Assembly: GCA_973895155.1 (NCBI GenBank)
Contig: OZ316891.1
Span: 31,007,112-31,071,111 of the forward strand
DNA: 64,000 nucleotides
Reading direction: 5' to 3'
Origin: Marsupella aquatica
Taxonomy: Eukaryota > Plantae > Marchantiophyta
Shown here: positions 1 to 13,199 of the stretch, in pieces
How positions within the stretch are numbered: position 1 is the first letter of the stretch
How the letters are laid out: each line of letters begins with the position of its first letter
Translations under genes and position numbers: made by a program
The notes under the pieces: generated by a model
Database searches by the model: none
Seen by the model: only the letters and a program-made list of their open reading frames with translations
Told to the model about the DNA's origin: nothing

Positions 1-286
1 CTTCATTCATTCATGATTATTATTAGCCAGTTCTTCATGTCCTTACTGCGAGTCTACTGGCAGACAACAAGACGAAAAACTTCATTCACTCGCAAAAGGC
101 AGAAAAGCTCGCCCGTAAACAACTAATAAGTGGGTTCCCAAATTCTAGATACCCCAAACCTTGAAATAAGAGAAAGGAAGGTCCCTCACTACAACGGTAA
201 ACAATTACGGGCAGAGAAAGTGGGGTTCCCATAGGAATGCGGAAGGGCGAAAGGGGCCGCGAGGTGGGGTATCCAAAATGTATTAC

Positions 287-3200
287 CAGGAATTCTGGTG
301 GTTTTCAGACGTTGCTTTTCTGCAGATATGCGCACTTGCTTGTCCTCGAAAAGCTTCCACATTCGATCGTCGACGAGCCCTAGTTTCCTACCCAATGGGG
401 TCAATCGACTGTCTGCATTGTCAGCCCGCAAAAGCAGTCGGTGTTCTGAACGGCTGCGAAAAATAAAACAAAAGGTGATATGTAAGCCCTGGATAAATGT
501 GTCACATGACACGCGTTCATGATATATCTGATTATCTCAAAAGACCTCAAAAGAATATTATTACTTGTGCCCGAGTATCATACTCATGGCATATCTAAGA
601 AGGAAAATAAAAGGAACAAAGGAAGTCCAATGGTTTCCCCATTCAAGCTAGAAAAAAGGATTTCAATTAAAAACGCATAGTATACCGTTACCCTGACAAT
701 TATTTAGCACAAGCAAAGCACTATGATGCAACGTAAGAACATCTGTGACAGAATCATGCAAGCTAGCGGGCTTTACTGCTGAGAAAGTTAAAGTACCTCG
801 TTAACATCCGGTATGGTTCCCTGAGATCTTTGGTGACAAGATCATCAACGAGGGTGCCGACGTAGCTACTTTCACGTTCCAATACCACAAGCTCTTTCCC
901 AGCTGACAATCGTGCCGCATTGAGACCAGCTAAGAGCCCCTGTAACAGCCAGCACATGCCCTCTCATATGATGGTCAGGTTACCTAGAGTCAGGGAGCCA
1001 TGACTTCACTCACACCGACCCAGTTCCCTAGATTACTCGGAGACCAGTATCCGTGTCTTATTGTAATTCATCCAGTAGACAAGTAATACACAGCATGATA
1101 CACAAACTTCGCTCCCCTAATATGCAGTACTCACCTGTGCTGCAGCTTCTTCATACCCCGTTGTTCCATTGATCTGCCCACTGAAAAAGAGTCCTTCTAG
1201 CTTCTTGGTCATGAGTGTTCTATGGCACTGGTAGGCAGGTAGATAGTCATACTCGACTGCATAAGCAGGTCTCAGCATTGAACATTGTTCTAGCCCTGGA
1301 AGTGACTGTAAAAGTGCCAGCTGGAGGCGCTCTGGGAGACCTGTTGAGAACCCCTGTTCAAAAAGTTCGTCATTGACCTGACAAAGTCTTTCACTGGCAT
1401 AAGAAGTATATGCGACACGAAATATCAACTTAACCAAAATTCAGATCAACTTTGTGGAACGTAAAGCTTTGTTCCTACGAACGCATCATACTAGGGCAGG
1501 CATGCTGTCACCCGAGAGTTTTTAGGTCAACTGAGTTATATACCTGGACATAGAGCTCGGGAACCGTCCGACCCTCGGGTTCTAAGAAAATCTGATGTGA
1601 TTCTTTGTCCTTGAATCTCACAATCTGGAAGACAGTACAGACCATATGCTCGCCTTGTTACAATGAGGACCTATCATGGTGGGATCACACACTTAAATGA
1701 CTCGGACTATTCACATAAAATGAATTTGCACACTCAGTCCGGCTAATAAAGGTGATAAAGATCCAGCACAATAAACAGAAACCTTCAACTGCAAGTGGGA
1801 GTCACTACCTTATCCTCTATTGAAGGACAATAACGGGGCCCTTTAGCCTCCACCCATCCACCATAAGTTGGGGTCTCATGCAGATTCTCGGTAATCAGAC
1901 GATGAGTGGCTGCTGTTGTGCGTGTCAAATAACAGCACATCTGTTCTCTCTCTATATGCACCTCAGGATCCAGACTAAACCATCGCACCTGCAACAGACA
2001 AAAAGAACTGAGAGAGAGATACCGGACAGATTCAAGTTTCAAATGACGTTGGCGCTCAACCCTATCCCACCTCATCACGTCAAAAATTAATGTATCTATA
2101 TCAGATGATGACCATAAACAACACAAGACAACACCTTCTCGCCTGTCCATCATCAGAAAATAATTTTCCAGAGGCCAGAGGCTTTGTGGGGAACTGGAGT
2201 TAGATAAAATTTTAGTACAAACTTCAAAGAGCAGAACATCTCCGCTTTCCTGCTGCTCAGAGTGAAATCTATCTTTGAAAACATCTGGTATAAATTATAA
2301 TTGTCATCCACATGCAAACGGCGTAAGTGCTATCATTCTTCGAATCTACCAAGGTATTCTATCATGAACACACCTTGAGAGAACTAAAGGAGTGGGGAAG
2401 GAAGAGACCTCTTCATCACCAGGTTGCCGTTCCAGCTTGGAGTAATTGACTGTCCGGATATCGACTCGAGCTGGAGTTCCAGTTTTCAGCCTCTCAGTTT
2501 CAAAGCCCAGACTCTGAAGGTTTTCAGTGAGCCCTTGTGATGCTGACTCACCGGCCCTACCAGCACTCATGGATGCACGCCCAACCCAGATCTTGCCATT
2601 CATAAATGTTCCAGTTGTCACCACTACTGAAGGGGCATAGAAATTGACGCCAAAAAAGGTCCGCACACCTTCCACGTTATCATTGCTGCCAACCAAGATT
2701 TCGGTCACCATGGCCTCCCTGATGTACAAATTCTTCGTGCTGTTATCAAATTACGAAACCGAATCAGAAAAAAATAAGAGAACTTAAGGCTTGAAAGCTC
2801 GTCATGCGTGAGGGTAGACCAACCTCACTTTAGATAAAGCCCTGTATTCTCCACAGACATCCAAGGGCCATCTGTCACTCTAGCATGAGCTGCCAGGCAC
2901 ACGAAGCGCTACCTTTTTTTCTCTACTACGATGCTTTATGCAGCTCGGGCTGGGTTCCAGGTGTAATCCTCGGTTAAGGGAGTGAGGATTTGGAGTCCTG
3001 GAGCACATTCAAGGGGATCTTTAATTTAGACCGTTTTCCGATACAAAGTATTGGCTGTCGACTTGCTGCCAGCAATGAGAGCTCTGTGGTGCTGAAAATT
3101 TGGGAGCCATCGTCTGCAACTAAGACTTGAGGTACAGTAGGTGCTTGGGGTCCTGCGGAACTAGAGACACAGTACAGACAGACTGAAGGAGAACTTGCAA

Positions 3201-5462
3201 GGGGATTACTTACAGTATCTATCTTCAATACTGCGGGGTAAGAGGTGAGTCACATAGATCACCTTAATGTCATTTTTAGGATCGGGGTTTCACAGGAGAA
3301 GTGTGCCAAAGGCAGAAAACGTTTGTTGCCTAGTTATGTAGGTGAGAGACATCTGGTGTTAGGCAACAGAGGACAGCATAAATATACACATTTCTTGCAG
3401 ATTTGGTTGTAATATGACTCTAAGCAAACGCACAATGTCAATTGTGCATCTCCCTAGTTATTTCAAGTCGATACAGGGATCGCCATATAACTAGGAGTAG
3501 CTGGATGAGAGCTCAAATGGAGCTTGTGAAGCCTATTTTGATGTCAAGAACCTAGAAACAAGGACGACTCCATCACATTGTATTATGTTCAAGGCAAAGT
3601 GCCGAACCTCTCCACAACTTTCTTCATTTCCATTGCATACTCCCGCTTGTCTGTCTGTGCTCGTAACGCCCACACTGCTGGCCCTTTGGAACGGTTTAGC
3701 ACCCTCTTTTGCAGGTAGCACCTGCAATTATTCACGTATTCCATTCTCCTTAACCCAGGCCGAGTAAAAACGCAAAATACCAGGCTAAACCACTTGGATG
3801 ACCACCTGAAATGATAAATAGCTCTACTTTCCTTCATTTCGACGCCGTCAACCAACTAACCCAAAATAATTTGTGAAAGGATCTGGTAGCCAACACAATT
3901 CTGATCCCCACCCACCCACCACCACTTTGACACGAATATATTTTTAGCATCAAAATGAAGGAACCGTGACGTACTTGTCAGTTATTTTTCCAATCTCTCC
4001 ACCAAGTGCATCCACCTCATGCACTAACTGTGATTTGGCTGGACCACCAACAGCAGGATTGCAAGGCTGCACACAAGGATTATCTGGCAATCAGGATATG
4101 CTCAAATTAGTTCCACCACGATGAAACTGAAAGCATGCATCTAGGCAAGAAGGTCGTGCCCATCCCAGCAATAATTCAACTTTTGAATTTTGTCTCGAAC
4201 ATCCAGCAAATATGAAGCAATGCAAGATCTTGGTGTCAGTCACCAACACCCGTAGAATTTCTCAAAGAAAGATATGAAGGTCCGATGTCTTTCCGATAGT
4301 ATACGTTACCACCTATTCCTACACATAATCTACCATATGTAGGCCTGCCAGCCGAATCAGAGACCTTATAACTCTCCAGAGTACACATGTTCGTGCAAAT
4401 TCTCGCTACATCCCTTTCACTCAATCTATGAATCAGAACGCATACCACAAGCAAAAGCACCGAGATTGACTCAGGGTTTAAAACATTTGTTAAACGTATT
4501 GAAAAAGAAGGTTTGCAAGTCAGTCCATAGGGTATAAATCTGAAGAACCTGCCAGGCAATTCGGTCAAGGTTGAGGGTAAGGAGAAGAGTTCGAGCCCCA
4601 CTCCGTGCTGCAGCTAAAGCTGCCTCACAACCAGCATGGCCTCCTCCGACAACGACTACGTCATATCGCTCCGAATCAAATCCATCTGGTCCGGTCATGT
4701 TCATCAGAGTCGACAATCAGTACATCATCCAGGCACAAGGGTCTTCATGAAACCGATTTGTAAACAGGAAGGTCTTGGATTCTTCAATTTTCACAACCCT
4801 AAACTGTTTCAAACCTTTGGCTTTTACATTGTAGCACATTCCTGCGAACTATGCTTAATTTTTTGGACGATAAAATCGATCTGCGTAACTAAACCTCAGT
4901 GTAAACCTTGCACTAAATTTGACTTTGGCCTGGTCGCTTAAAACAGCACTGCTTTCCAGCAAACGTGAAAGGTGTTTTCCAGTAAGTTCAATTTCACTCA
5001 AACTTCAATATTCTAGTATACATCGAAGAGAGCAACACAACTCTCACCCGATACTGTCGAAAACGTGGCATTCCCTCTGACTGGAGATGATGTGAATTTG
5101 GAGTCTGGCTTTTGAATCCGCCGGAATGACGAGGAGGAGAATAGCGGTATGGGATGTATCAGAGGAGAGACCAGTCTGGCAGACCTGTAGAGACGCTCGA
5201 ATTTTCGAGAAAACCCAGGAGAGGTGAGATGAAGGCGTGCAGGACAGAGACCCACTTTGGAGTTCAACCAAAACAGAGGCTCGCCACTGAACAAGGCTCG
5301 AGACTGGGCCAGAGAATCGTGCAAACGGGAAGAAAAACCTGCACACAGTTTTTGCGCCATGATGGGCGAATTGAGAAGGTGAGAATTGGGCGCATGAAGC
5401 TTCAGAACAGAGCTCCCGGGAGTAGAACACGACAGGAAACGAAGGGATGGGAAAGACGACAT
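287..5462 (-). CDS. mnmG: tRNA uridine-34 5-carboxymethylaminomethyl modification enzyme MnmG/GidA, plastid-type, nuclear-encoded, multi-exon; 3' end lies beyond the window start
   Basis: Exons with GT-AG boundaries and consistent phase: 5462-5048, 4685-4549, 4066-3975, 3721-3608, 2739-2409, 1988-1809, 1624-1544, 1353-1135, 939-797, 453-287. Motifs: [16 protein letters not shown] (FAD binding), [72 protein letters not shown]. Exon 1 is Ser/Arg-rich like a transit peptide. Confidence 0.96.
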
Positions 5463-5752
5463 GATGCTACTCTGACGACCCTGCTCTTCATTCTCTCATT
5501 GCCCCACAAATACAGCTGCTCTGCCAAAGAACCCCAAAATTGAATTGAGTAGCCAGCTCGGCCCTCAAAATGTACGCAATCTTCAGCTCGCCCACTTGTC
5601 TCCTCGTCAGCTCCTCAGCTTAGAGTTCTGCTTATCGACATTGAGCTACAGATAAAGTTATCCACATTTGCGTCCAGCAAGCAGATGGCTTCATCAAATG
5701 CTCCGTTGTGAAACACAATCAGGACACGGAACGAAGCCACGGGAGGAGCAAT

Positions 5753-5855
5753 TCCGTTGCTTGGTCGAAGTTGCTCAATAGAAATGCAAAGGGCGAGAAG
5801 GAAAAAGGATCGCACGCAACTCCGTTGCTTGGTCGAAGTTGCTCGATAGAAATGC
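5753..5855. repeat. Two copies of a ~35-bp element between the tRNA and the mnmG start
   Basis: TCCGTTGCTTGGTCGAAGTTGCTCRATAGAAATGC at 5753-5787 and 5821-5855. Confidence 0.8.
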
Positions 5856-5878
5856 TCAAGAGACATGCAAATTGAAAA

Positions 5879-5950
5879 AGGCCCCACCGAGATTCGAACT
5901 CGGGCTCTTGGATTCAAAGTCCAATGTCGTAACCACTAGACTATGGGGCC
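5879..5950 (-). tRNA. trnQ-UUG: tRNA-Gln (anticodon TTG), cytosolic type
   Basis: Reverse complement GGCCCCATAGTCTAGTGGTTACGACATTGGACTTTGAATCCAAGAGCCCGAGTTCGAATCTCGGTGGGGCCT: 72 nt, 7-bp acceptor stem, TTGGA/TCCAA anticodon stem with CT-TTG-AA loop, GTTCGAATC T-loop, followed by a T-run (Pol III terminator). Confidence 0.95.
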
Positions 5951-7561
5951 CTACACGTCCTGCGACGGACGCTTTTGTAATTTCATATATTTCTTCTCTA
6001 GCAGTTGAGCGTTGGGATTGTTGTTCATGTGCTTGTGGAGAGATTTGGGGCCATGGAAATCTCAGTGCTTTGTGGGGAGCTTTCCTGGAGTCCAGGTGGT
6101 GTGTGGCTAGTCCACCCTCAAGGTTGGCTCGTGCAGTGGGCAGTCAAAAGAGGTTTAAGTTTGAGTTTAGTGGGTAGCAAATGGTCGAGTGCATTTTGCT
6201 GCCTCTGAGTCTTTTGTGAGATGGTACTTATTTCTTAAAGAGAGAAAAGAAGAAAAGTCTTGAAGTTTTTACTGTTTAAATGTTTATAATCCTACTTTAG
6301 AGACATCCAATGCAACTTTGAGACAATTAAGGAAGCTTAACTAGAAATCATTGTGTTCTAAATTTTAGTCGGAAACATTGCGTCTGGTTCAAAATGGCAA
6401 AAACTGGTTCAACCTCCCTAATCCATTTGGAAGACTTCCCGATGTTTTCAATCCGAGATATTTTTATGAGAGAATGACATCACACCAAAGATCTGAAGAG
6501 TAAAACCACAAGTTTAGAATAGACTCATAGTCTAACCAAGAGACCAAAAGAGGTTGAACCGGAAACTGAACCAGCTTGAACATACCACCTGGTAGTAAAT
6601 TGACCATAACTCTCAAACCGTTTATCGAAATCAAGATCTATAAAGTGTGTTGGAAAGCTCTTTCTGAGGCGGTTAAGATATAAATAAAGAAGTCTGAAAA
6701 TGGATTAGAAATGACCCACTTAATATTATGAGACTCCAACCGGTGCAACCAAGAGATATCCGAGATTTCCGAACAAAGAATGTAATGAAGATTTTGATGC
6801 AACACTTCCATATAAGACCTTCAAGATAACTCTGGACCAATAGGAAGTATGATCCATGGCAATGGACCTTAACCAATCAAAATGGTTAACTAAGTATGAA
6901 AGGATACTATGAAAAGATGTACCCATTCATTTGAAGATGAAGAGATTCCATCATCATTGTGATTACTCTTGCACTCCTACATTTTACCTACACCAATGAA
7001 CCGGATTCTGCTTTTATTTCCAAAGGAGGTTCAACCAGATTTATTATTTCAAAGGAAGTTGAACCGGAAATATGTTTTTAGCCTTCGTTTTGACCATTTT
7101 CCATGTTTTGTAGGAAATGAAGGAAGAGATATGCTCTCCTCTTTCACATAGTTTAGTTATTTTTACCTAGTAAACCTGCTTAGTTTTGACATAATGAAAA
7201 GGCATGTCTTTTCATGTAATTTCACAAGGGGATCTCTCTTATATATAAGGGAGAGCTTCCTCCTTGAACCTCAGGCTTAATATGACTTTCATGAAATTAT
7301 CTTTCAACCTTAAGTCTCCTTCTCTTTGAAATAATAAATCAATGAGAAGTCTATTTTAGTAATCTTTGGTAATCTATGGTTTGTGATTCAACATTAATGT
7401 GTGATTATCCTTTACTGGAAGAAGCTGTTTGATGTGACTAGTAATGCTTGGTTGACCCGTAGGCTGACTGGAAACGCATGCATGAGATCATGCAAAAGCC
7501 TATTGATTCGTGTTGACTATAGAGCTCTTGTATTCAATGAGGAGCTGATACAAATTCACCA

Positions 7562-7640
7562 CTAGAATTCCATAAATTGCATAGATCCAAAAGAGCAATC
7601 TAGAATTCCATAAATTGCATAGATCCAAAAGAGCAATCTG
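7562..7640. repeat. Tandem duplication of ~38 bp
   Basis: CTAGAATTCCATAAATTGCATAGATCCAAAAGAGCAAT repeated head to tail. Confidence 0.85.
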
Positions 7641-8870
7641 ATGGATTGAATAAAAGAATAAGTTGGTTCGGAGTGATTAGTACCACCTTGCTTTGACATA
7701 GGTCAGAAAATCAATACGGGCTATCTTATGCTAATCTTTTATAAATTTCTAAGATGGCTGGTTTGAAAAGGATATGTAGGCATCAGTTTTACATGAGTAC
7801 TTATCCCAATGATTCTTAATGTACTACCGCTGGCCATAAGTTGCTATGTAGTGATAAGGTGTATTTCCATCTATAACTCGTCTTCTATCAGTTTTCACGC
7901 CGCTGGCTTTTGGTTTCGTTTAACATTTTTATCTCCTTTTGATTGCACTATGGACGATACAAACATCATACCTTTCATGGAAATATCATAGAATTCCTTC
8001 CATAAACCTGAGCATGTTAATAAGGCTTGTAACCTGAGTATATTACTCAAAAGTACTCAAAGTATGGTAACATAATCTTTTAGGTCTCAATAGCTCTTAA
8101 CGTGAACGAATCTAGGCTATTACAGAGAATAATAGTTATTCTTACTCTAAACCCTACTCTACATCTTTACTGAAAGATTAGACTTGTAGAGGCAGAAAAA
8201 TTTTCAAGAAGTTGAGCTTGTGACTAAGGCACGTTCAAGCTCGGCCATTCCTTGGAAAAGCTTTCCACGAGCTTGACTTGAGCCTGCTTTAGTAGTTGGA
8301 AAGCACTTGACAATGTGGGAGCCATATAACAGGGCATCTCAACACTTCATACTTATGGATGATGGCTTTTGGCCATAAACAAATGCCAATTTCTTTCTCA
8401 CAAAGTTCTATAACGGTTGTTTTATTTCACTAGTTTTACAATGATTTATAGTCATGCCATATGACCAATCTTTATGGCAAAAAATTCATGGATCATGAAT
8501 TTTATAGTCCATAACACCGTGCGTTAAATCTACGTTAGGCGTACAACCAGAACATAAACCAAGACACATGCTGCTCAAAATATTTGGTTTATAGATCATA
8601 AATATAGTGTATTGGTTTATGTTATGGTGTACGAATTGCATTAACTTGACGTAGATTTAACCCACATTGTCCATAACTTCTTCTACCTTAGCTGTTGACT
8701 TAAGGCCCATTTTGAGGTTTGAGACCCCCTAATATCGCTTGTGTAACCTTTCATGACTACCATGATCTCAGCATTCAGTTGTGGAAATTAAGGGTTGTGA
8801 CGTGCAATCTCTTTCACTGTCTTACTCCACAGATGTGGATTTTTGGCAATCTTCAGCCCCGTGTAGGTCC

Positions 8871-9227
8871 TCTTAGGATTTACTCTAAGGTCTAGAGTTA
8901 CGACTATACTGTAGTTAAGGCTAACCTTAGTCGCAGACTTGGTTAGGTTAGTCATGCTGTGCACACTTTATAACCAAGCGCTGTTTGCTTGGAGAGGGGG
9001 AACTCAGGCTCATTGTTACGGAGCTAGTTGAGAGATAGAGAGAGCTTGCGCTGTGGATGTTTGGTATGGCCGGTCGGCCTAGAGTGCAGTAAAGCTCTTC
9101 TGTGTTCCCGTGGACGAAGCCTCATGTGGAGGTGAACCACGTATCTCTTTGTGTCAACTCTTGTGCGTTGGATGGTTCATGGGCTTGTCGTTGCGATTGT
9201 TGTTGCGATTGTCGTCTATGCTCAACA
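8871..9227 (+). mobile_element. Solo LTR related to the Copia LTR at 49735
   Basis: T(C)TTAGGATT...CTCAACA flanked by 5-bp TSD GGTCC (8866-8870, 9228-9232). Shares blocks CTCATTGTWACGGAGC, GTAAAGCT, GTTCCYGTGGACG and AGGTGAACCACGTA with the 49735/56000 LTRs. Confidence 0.85.
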
Positions 9228-11659
9228 GGTCCTAGTTTGCTATAGCATGCTCTCTCCTTGCAATCATCTACTTTACGTGAATTTTGGCAATCCACATGCC
9301 AAAATCCACATGGATAAATTTGATAAAATATTTAATTCTCTAAAAATTTAAAACAACATCACTCGGTTGTGCTTGGACTCTATGATGTGGTGGGCGTTAT
9401 CTTGCATCTCCAATATATATGTGCAATGCACAGGTTTTTTAACACTGCCTAACAACTTTACTTTGCCTTGACATGTTTCCGACCAGGTTGTGTGCACATT
9501 CAGAATATGGTTTCCTTGAGTGAAAGGTGCATTGGGCTTGACATAGTGTGTGATCAGATTGAATGTGATTGATTGTATATACGGTTGGTTGTGTCATTGT
9601 TTGATTTTGTCAAAGATTATTGTGAGTTTTGGACATGAGTTCCACTTGTATCCCATTCTTTTATGTTTTTTGTGCCTATGTCTGGATGTGTGTGACACGT
9701 AATGTATGTTGTTTATATGTCAGTGTAAAAACAATAATAATAAATAAATCTATGCCCGTTTTGTGAGTAAGTTTATTTGGTGTCATGCATACTACTTGCA
9801 GTCAAATACATCTTTGTAGAATAAACTCTTTTGGCTTTCACAAACATGTTCTTTTTGAGTTATTAATTTCATTGCCTATTTGTTGTGTTATTGTTAGACA
9901 GTTATTGTATGGGAATCAAAATGATAATTATTTTCAGAATAGTTTATTTATTTTTATAAAGTTTGGATTAATGTTGGCAAAAACTTGAGATAGATTCAAA
10001 AGCTCTTATGGAAGACAAAATCTTGATGATAACAATTTACAGATTTGTATCCACATCATAAGAGCCATTGAGAAACCACATAGAATGATAAATTAATGTA
10101 CATTTTTGAAATAAAGATATTAACACTGATAACAATATCTACTCTAAATGCTAAATAGTTTAAGTACAAGTGATATACTCAAAGAACAATCTAATTATGG
10201 TTGTATAGTTGGAATTTGTGGTGTGAACTCATTGGTTTATAGTTTTATCCATTTATTTCTTAGCAAAATGCAAAATATTTCCATTTGATTTACCAAAAGC
10301 AAAAAGAAAAGTTAGTTGCAGTTTATCAAACTGAATATCTAGGCATCAAGTTTGCTTTCTTTTATTTTATAACAATTTTTTATTTAGGAGGCTCACAACT
10401 TTGATTAATGTAGAGTGAAATCCGTTATACATGAAGTATTGACATTCTAGTGCATTGTATATCACTCCCCCCAAAATGTATTTTTCTTAGAAGAGTGAGT
10501 TCGGACATAACTTACTCTTTTAAAACTGACCTTTTTTTAAAACGCAACGTGAGCTTTGGTAGCTTTGATAGTGCACTAGGTTTGTAAGATGTGCAAAAAG
10601 GTCACATGACCCGGTTGCCTCAATTTGTGCAAGGTTTTGACATATTATACAAAGAAGAAAAGAAGAATAGAGTGTTTACCGTAAGCAGTCTTCCCACCTA
10701 CATGGTGTCACACACACTAATAGAGGTGTGACTAAAACTCTCAAAAGAATATGAAAATAGATTCATTACTATTCTCCTATACATTAAAAAAAATGTTTCA
10801 CTAAGAAATAAGTGCTTGATTTTGATTGTAGTCATACCTGATTTTCAGTTCATCCTACTATAGTAAAGTTTGAAGTTCAATTTACATGTATTTTTTTTAT
10901 CTTACATGCTCTTGCAAATATATCATATTATTGGAAAATTTTGTACTTTTCATGTATCATACATGCATCAATTCAGTGTTCATCACAAGCAAAATATAAT
11001 CTCATTTATATCCACATCTACAGTATAAATATGGAATCTTGCCACTTTTTGTACTTCACCCACTTACCAAAACCAAAAAAGGTGGGATGTAATCCTAGCC
11101 GTCCATTAAAAATTATATTTTAATCACCATTGGGATGATCCAAAAACCACCTTAACTCCCCCCTCCCCCTCTGCCAATGCCCTTTAGTGGTCCTGCAAGC
11201 ATGCACAAGCTAAATATGTGTAAGTGAATCTTCAATACAATCTAGGGGTTTGTGTTCTACTTATTACTCTCCCATGGAATAATAAGTGTGAGCAATGACA
11301 ATTGTACACCTGATGAAGGTACATCTGCAAAGGATAATTGTCAAGGGACAATTATGGGGTAGTAATGTATCTATTGTTCTCCCATGAATACCCTAGAGAC
11401 TTGAAGCCACAAGGAGGGAGACGGGAGCGAGCTGGCTTCCCAAGATAAAGAGAAACGATAAAGGGACAAAATGAAAGTAAAATAACATTGAGGAACTGGA
11501 AAAACTACAAAGCAAGAAAAGGATAAAGGGGAAAGAACGGGGATAGTATTTTGCCAGCCAAGAGCTTTCGTCTGATGGAAATCTTTTAGCTGGAAAAACT
11601 TCTTTTCTACATAAAACACTTATTTATTTAAAAATTAAACATTAAAACAAAAAGTGTTT

Positions 11660-11831
11660 TCCACCTTGACATTGATGTCTTGCCTCAACATCTTTCCTCT
11701 CGCTTTCCTCCGCCTTGACATTTCCTCTCGCCCCGACATTCTTGCCTTGCCTTTATATCTTTCCTCTGCCTCGACATCCTTGCCTTGCCATGCCTCAAAA
11801 TGTTTTGTGTAACGCACGGGCACCGGGCTAT
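11660..11831 (+). mobile_element. Non-autonomous Helitron 3' region (GACATC array + hairpin + CTAT)
   Basis: GACATY repeats followed by GTGTAACGCAC (11807-11817) GGGCACCGGG CTAT. Confidence 0.6.
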
Positions 11832-12084
11832 CACAACCCATCAGTTTTCGAGCATCATCTGCTTACAAAAGCAAGGTTGGGCCAGATTTGACCTCAACCA
11901 TTTGATGAAAATAAGTTTTTTTGTGACGCTTGATCTGTAGAACTCCATAGCTCTAGATACGATCTCCTCTAACATTCTTTTGGTGTGTTGGGTTTCTCTC
12001 ACTTTGCCTTTTGTGTCTATCTTGTCACTTTTGTTTTATTTGATTTATTTTCTGAAATTGCCTTTCTCCCTAGCTATTTGTCTT

Positions 12085-12781
12085 TTGCCTTGCTTTGACA
12101 TCTTGCCCTCGCCTTGACATCTTTCCCTCACCTTGACATCTTGTCCTCACCTTGATATCTTGCCCTTGCCTTGACATCTTTGCCTCTCCTCAACATCTTG
12201 TCTCTGCCTCAATATCTTTGTCATCTTGCCCTCGCCTCAACATCTTTCCCTCACATCTTGCCCTCACTTCAACATCTTTGCCTCTCCACGATATTTTGTC
12301 CTCACCCCAACTTCTTTGCCTCTCCTCAACATCTTTCCCTCACATCTTGCCCTTGCCTCAACATCTTTCCCTCACCTAGACATCTTGCCCTTGCCTCAAC
12401 ATTTTTGTGTCTCCTTGACGTCTTGCCCTTGCCTTGACATCTTTGCCTCTCCTTGACATGTTGCCCTCACCTCAAAATCTTTTGTGCAATGCACAGGCTG
12501 TCACCCCATGTTGCATTTGAGTTGCAACTTTGTTGGTTACACATGTGTTGTGAGTTTGGGAGGGTGACCTGGCATAGCAGGTCACCTGGTAGGGGTGACC
12601 TCTTCACCCAGGTTACCATGCCTTGTGCCATGGGGGTATACCTTGGAGAATGAGGGATTAGCTCCTCATTCTTCCAAGTAATCTCTTGCGAATTGAAACG
12701 GGACCCCGTTGCAAGGTACATGGTGTGCCGCGATGTGAGTTGTGTATGGATGTGTGTCCGCACGACAAGGCATTGGGCTAT
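12085..12781 (+). mobile_element. Non-autonomous Helitron 3' region with a ~19-bp GACATC minisatellite; terminus split by a solo LTR
   Basis: About 20 units like CTCRCCTYRACATCTTKSC at 12085-12480, hairpin GTGCAATGCAC 12484-12494, remainder ATTGGGCTAT after the LTR. Confidence 0.7.
12499..12767. mobile_element. Solo LTR (269 bp) with 4-bp TSD
   Basis: TGTC...GACA termini, AGGC duplicated at 12495-12498 and 12768-12771; removing it restores a Helitron terminus GCAC-AGGC-ATTGGGCTAT. Confidence 0.7.
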
Positions 12782-12784
12782 TAG

Positions 12785-12908
12785 TTTACTTAGAATAACA
12801 TATATTTACTCTCACTTCTTATAGTCTCACACACATTAATTATGGTGACATCCATTAAAACCTTTGTTTCTAAATACTAGTGTGTGACTAATTGGTAATC
12901 ATTGTAGA
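12785..12908 (+). repeat. Dispersed repeat, second copy at ~62090-62212
   Basis: TTAGAATAACATRTATTTA.TCTCACTTCTTATA...CTCACACACATTAATT.TG.TGACATC...GACTAATT...TAATCA.TGTAGA shared. Confidence 0.7.
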
Positions 12909-13199
12909 AATAGACAATCAAGGAACAAAGTGAAAAGCCAAGAGAAAAAACAAAATTTACTAGCCTGACTATTCCTTCAAGAATCTTGAATAGTAATAGA
13001 GGTGAGAAAGAAAATTGCAAGAAAATGATTCCTTATATCAAGACTCTAGTTATGATGAAAAGAGTTCAAGGACTGAAAGTGAGCTTGGGAAACTTGAGAG
13101 GGCATAGTAAGACCGGATAATGGTAGGTTTAGGGCTGGTTTTGTTTGGTTGAATCTCCATAGGGGGTCCGAACGGCTCTAGATGATAATAAAAATTGTA

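Noticed and set aside
287-5462. Bacterial contamination or recent horizontal transfer of mnmG
   Set aside because: Spliceosomal introns and a transit-peptide-like first exon show an ordinary nuclear gene of endosymbiotic origin
6300-8200. Large solo LTR or other TE upstream of the tRNA
   Set aside because: Looks TE-derived, but I could not define termini, TSD or coding remnants
12085-12480. GACATC arrays as CRISPR or as protein-coding ORFs (12152-12456 etc.)
   Set aside because: Contiguous degenerate minisatellite with no unique spacers; ORFs in all three frames reflect stop-poor composition
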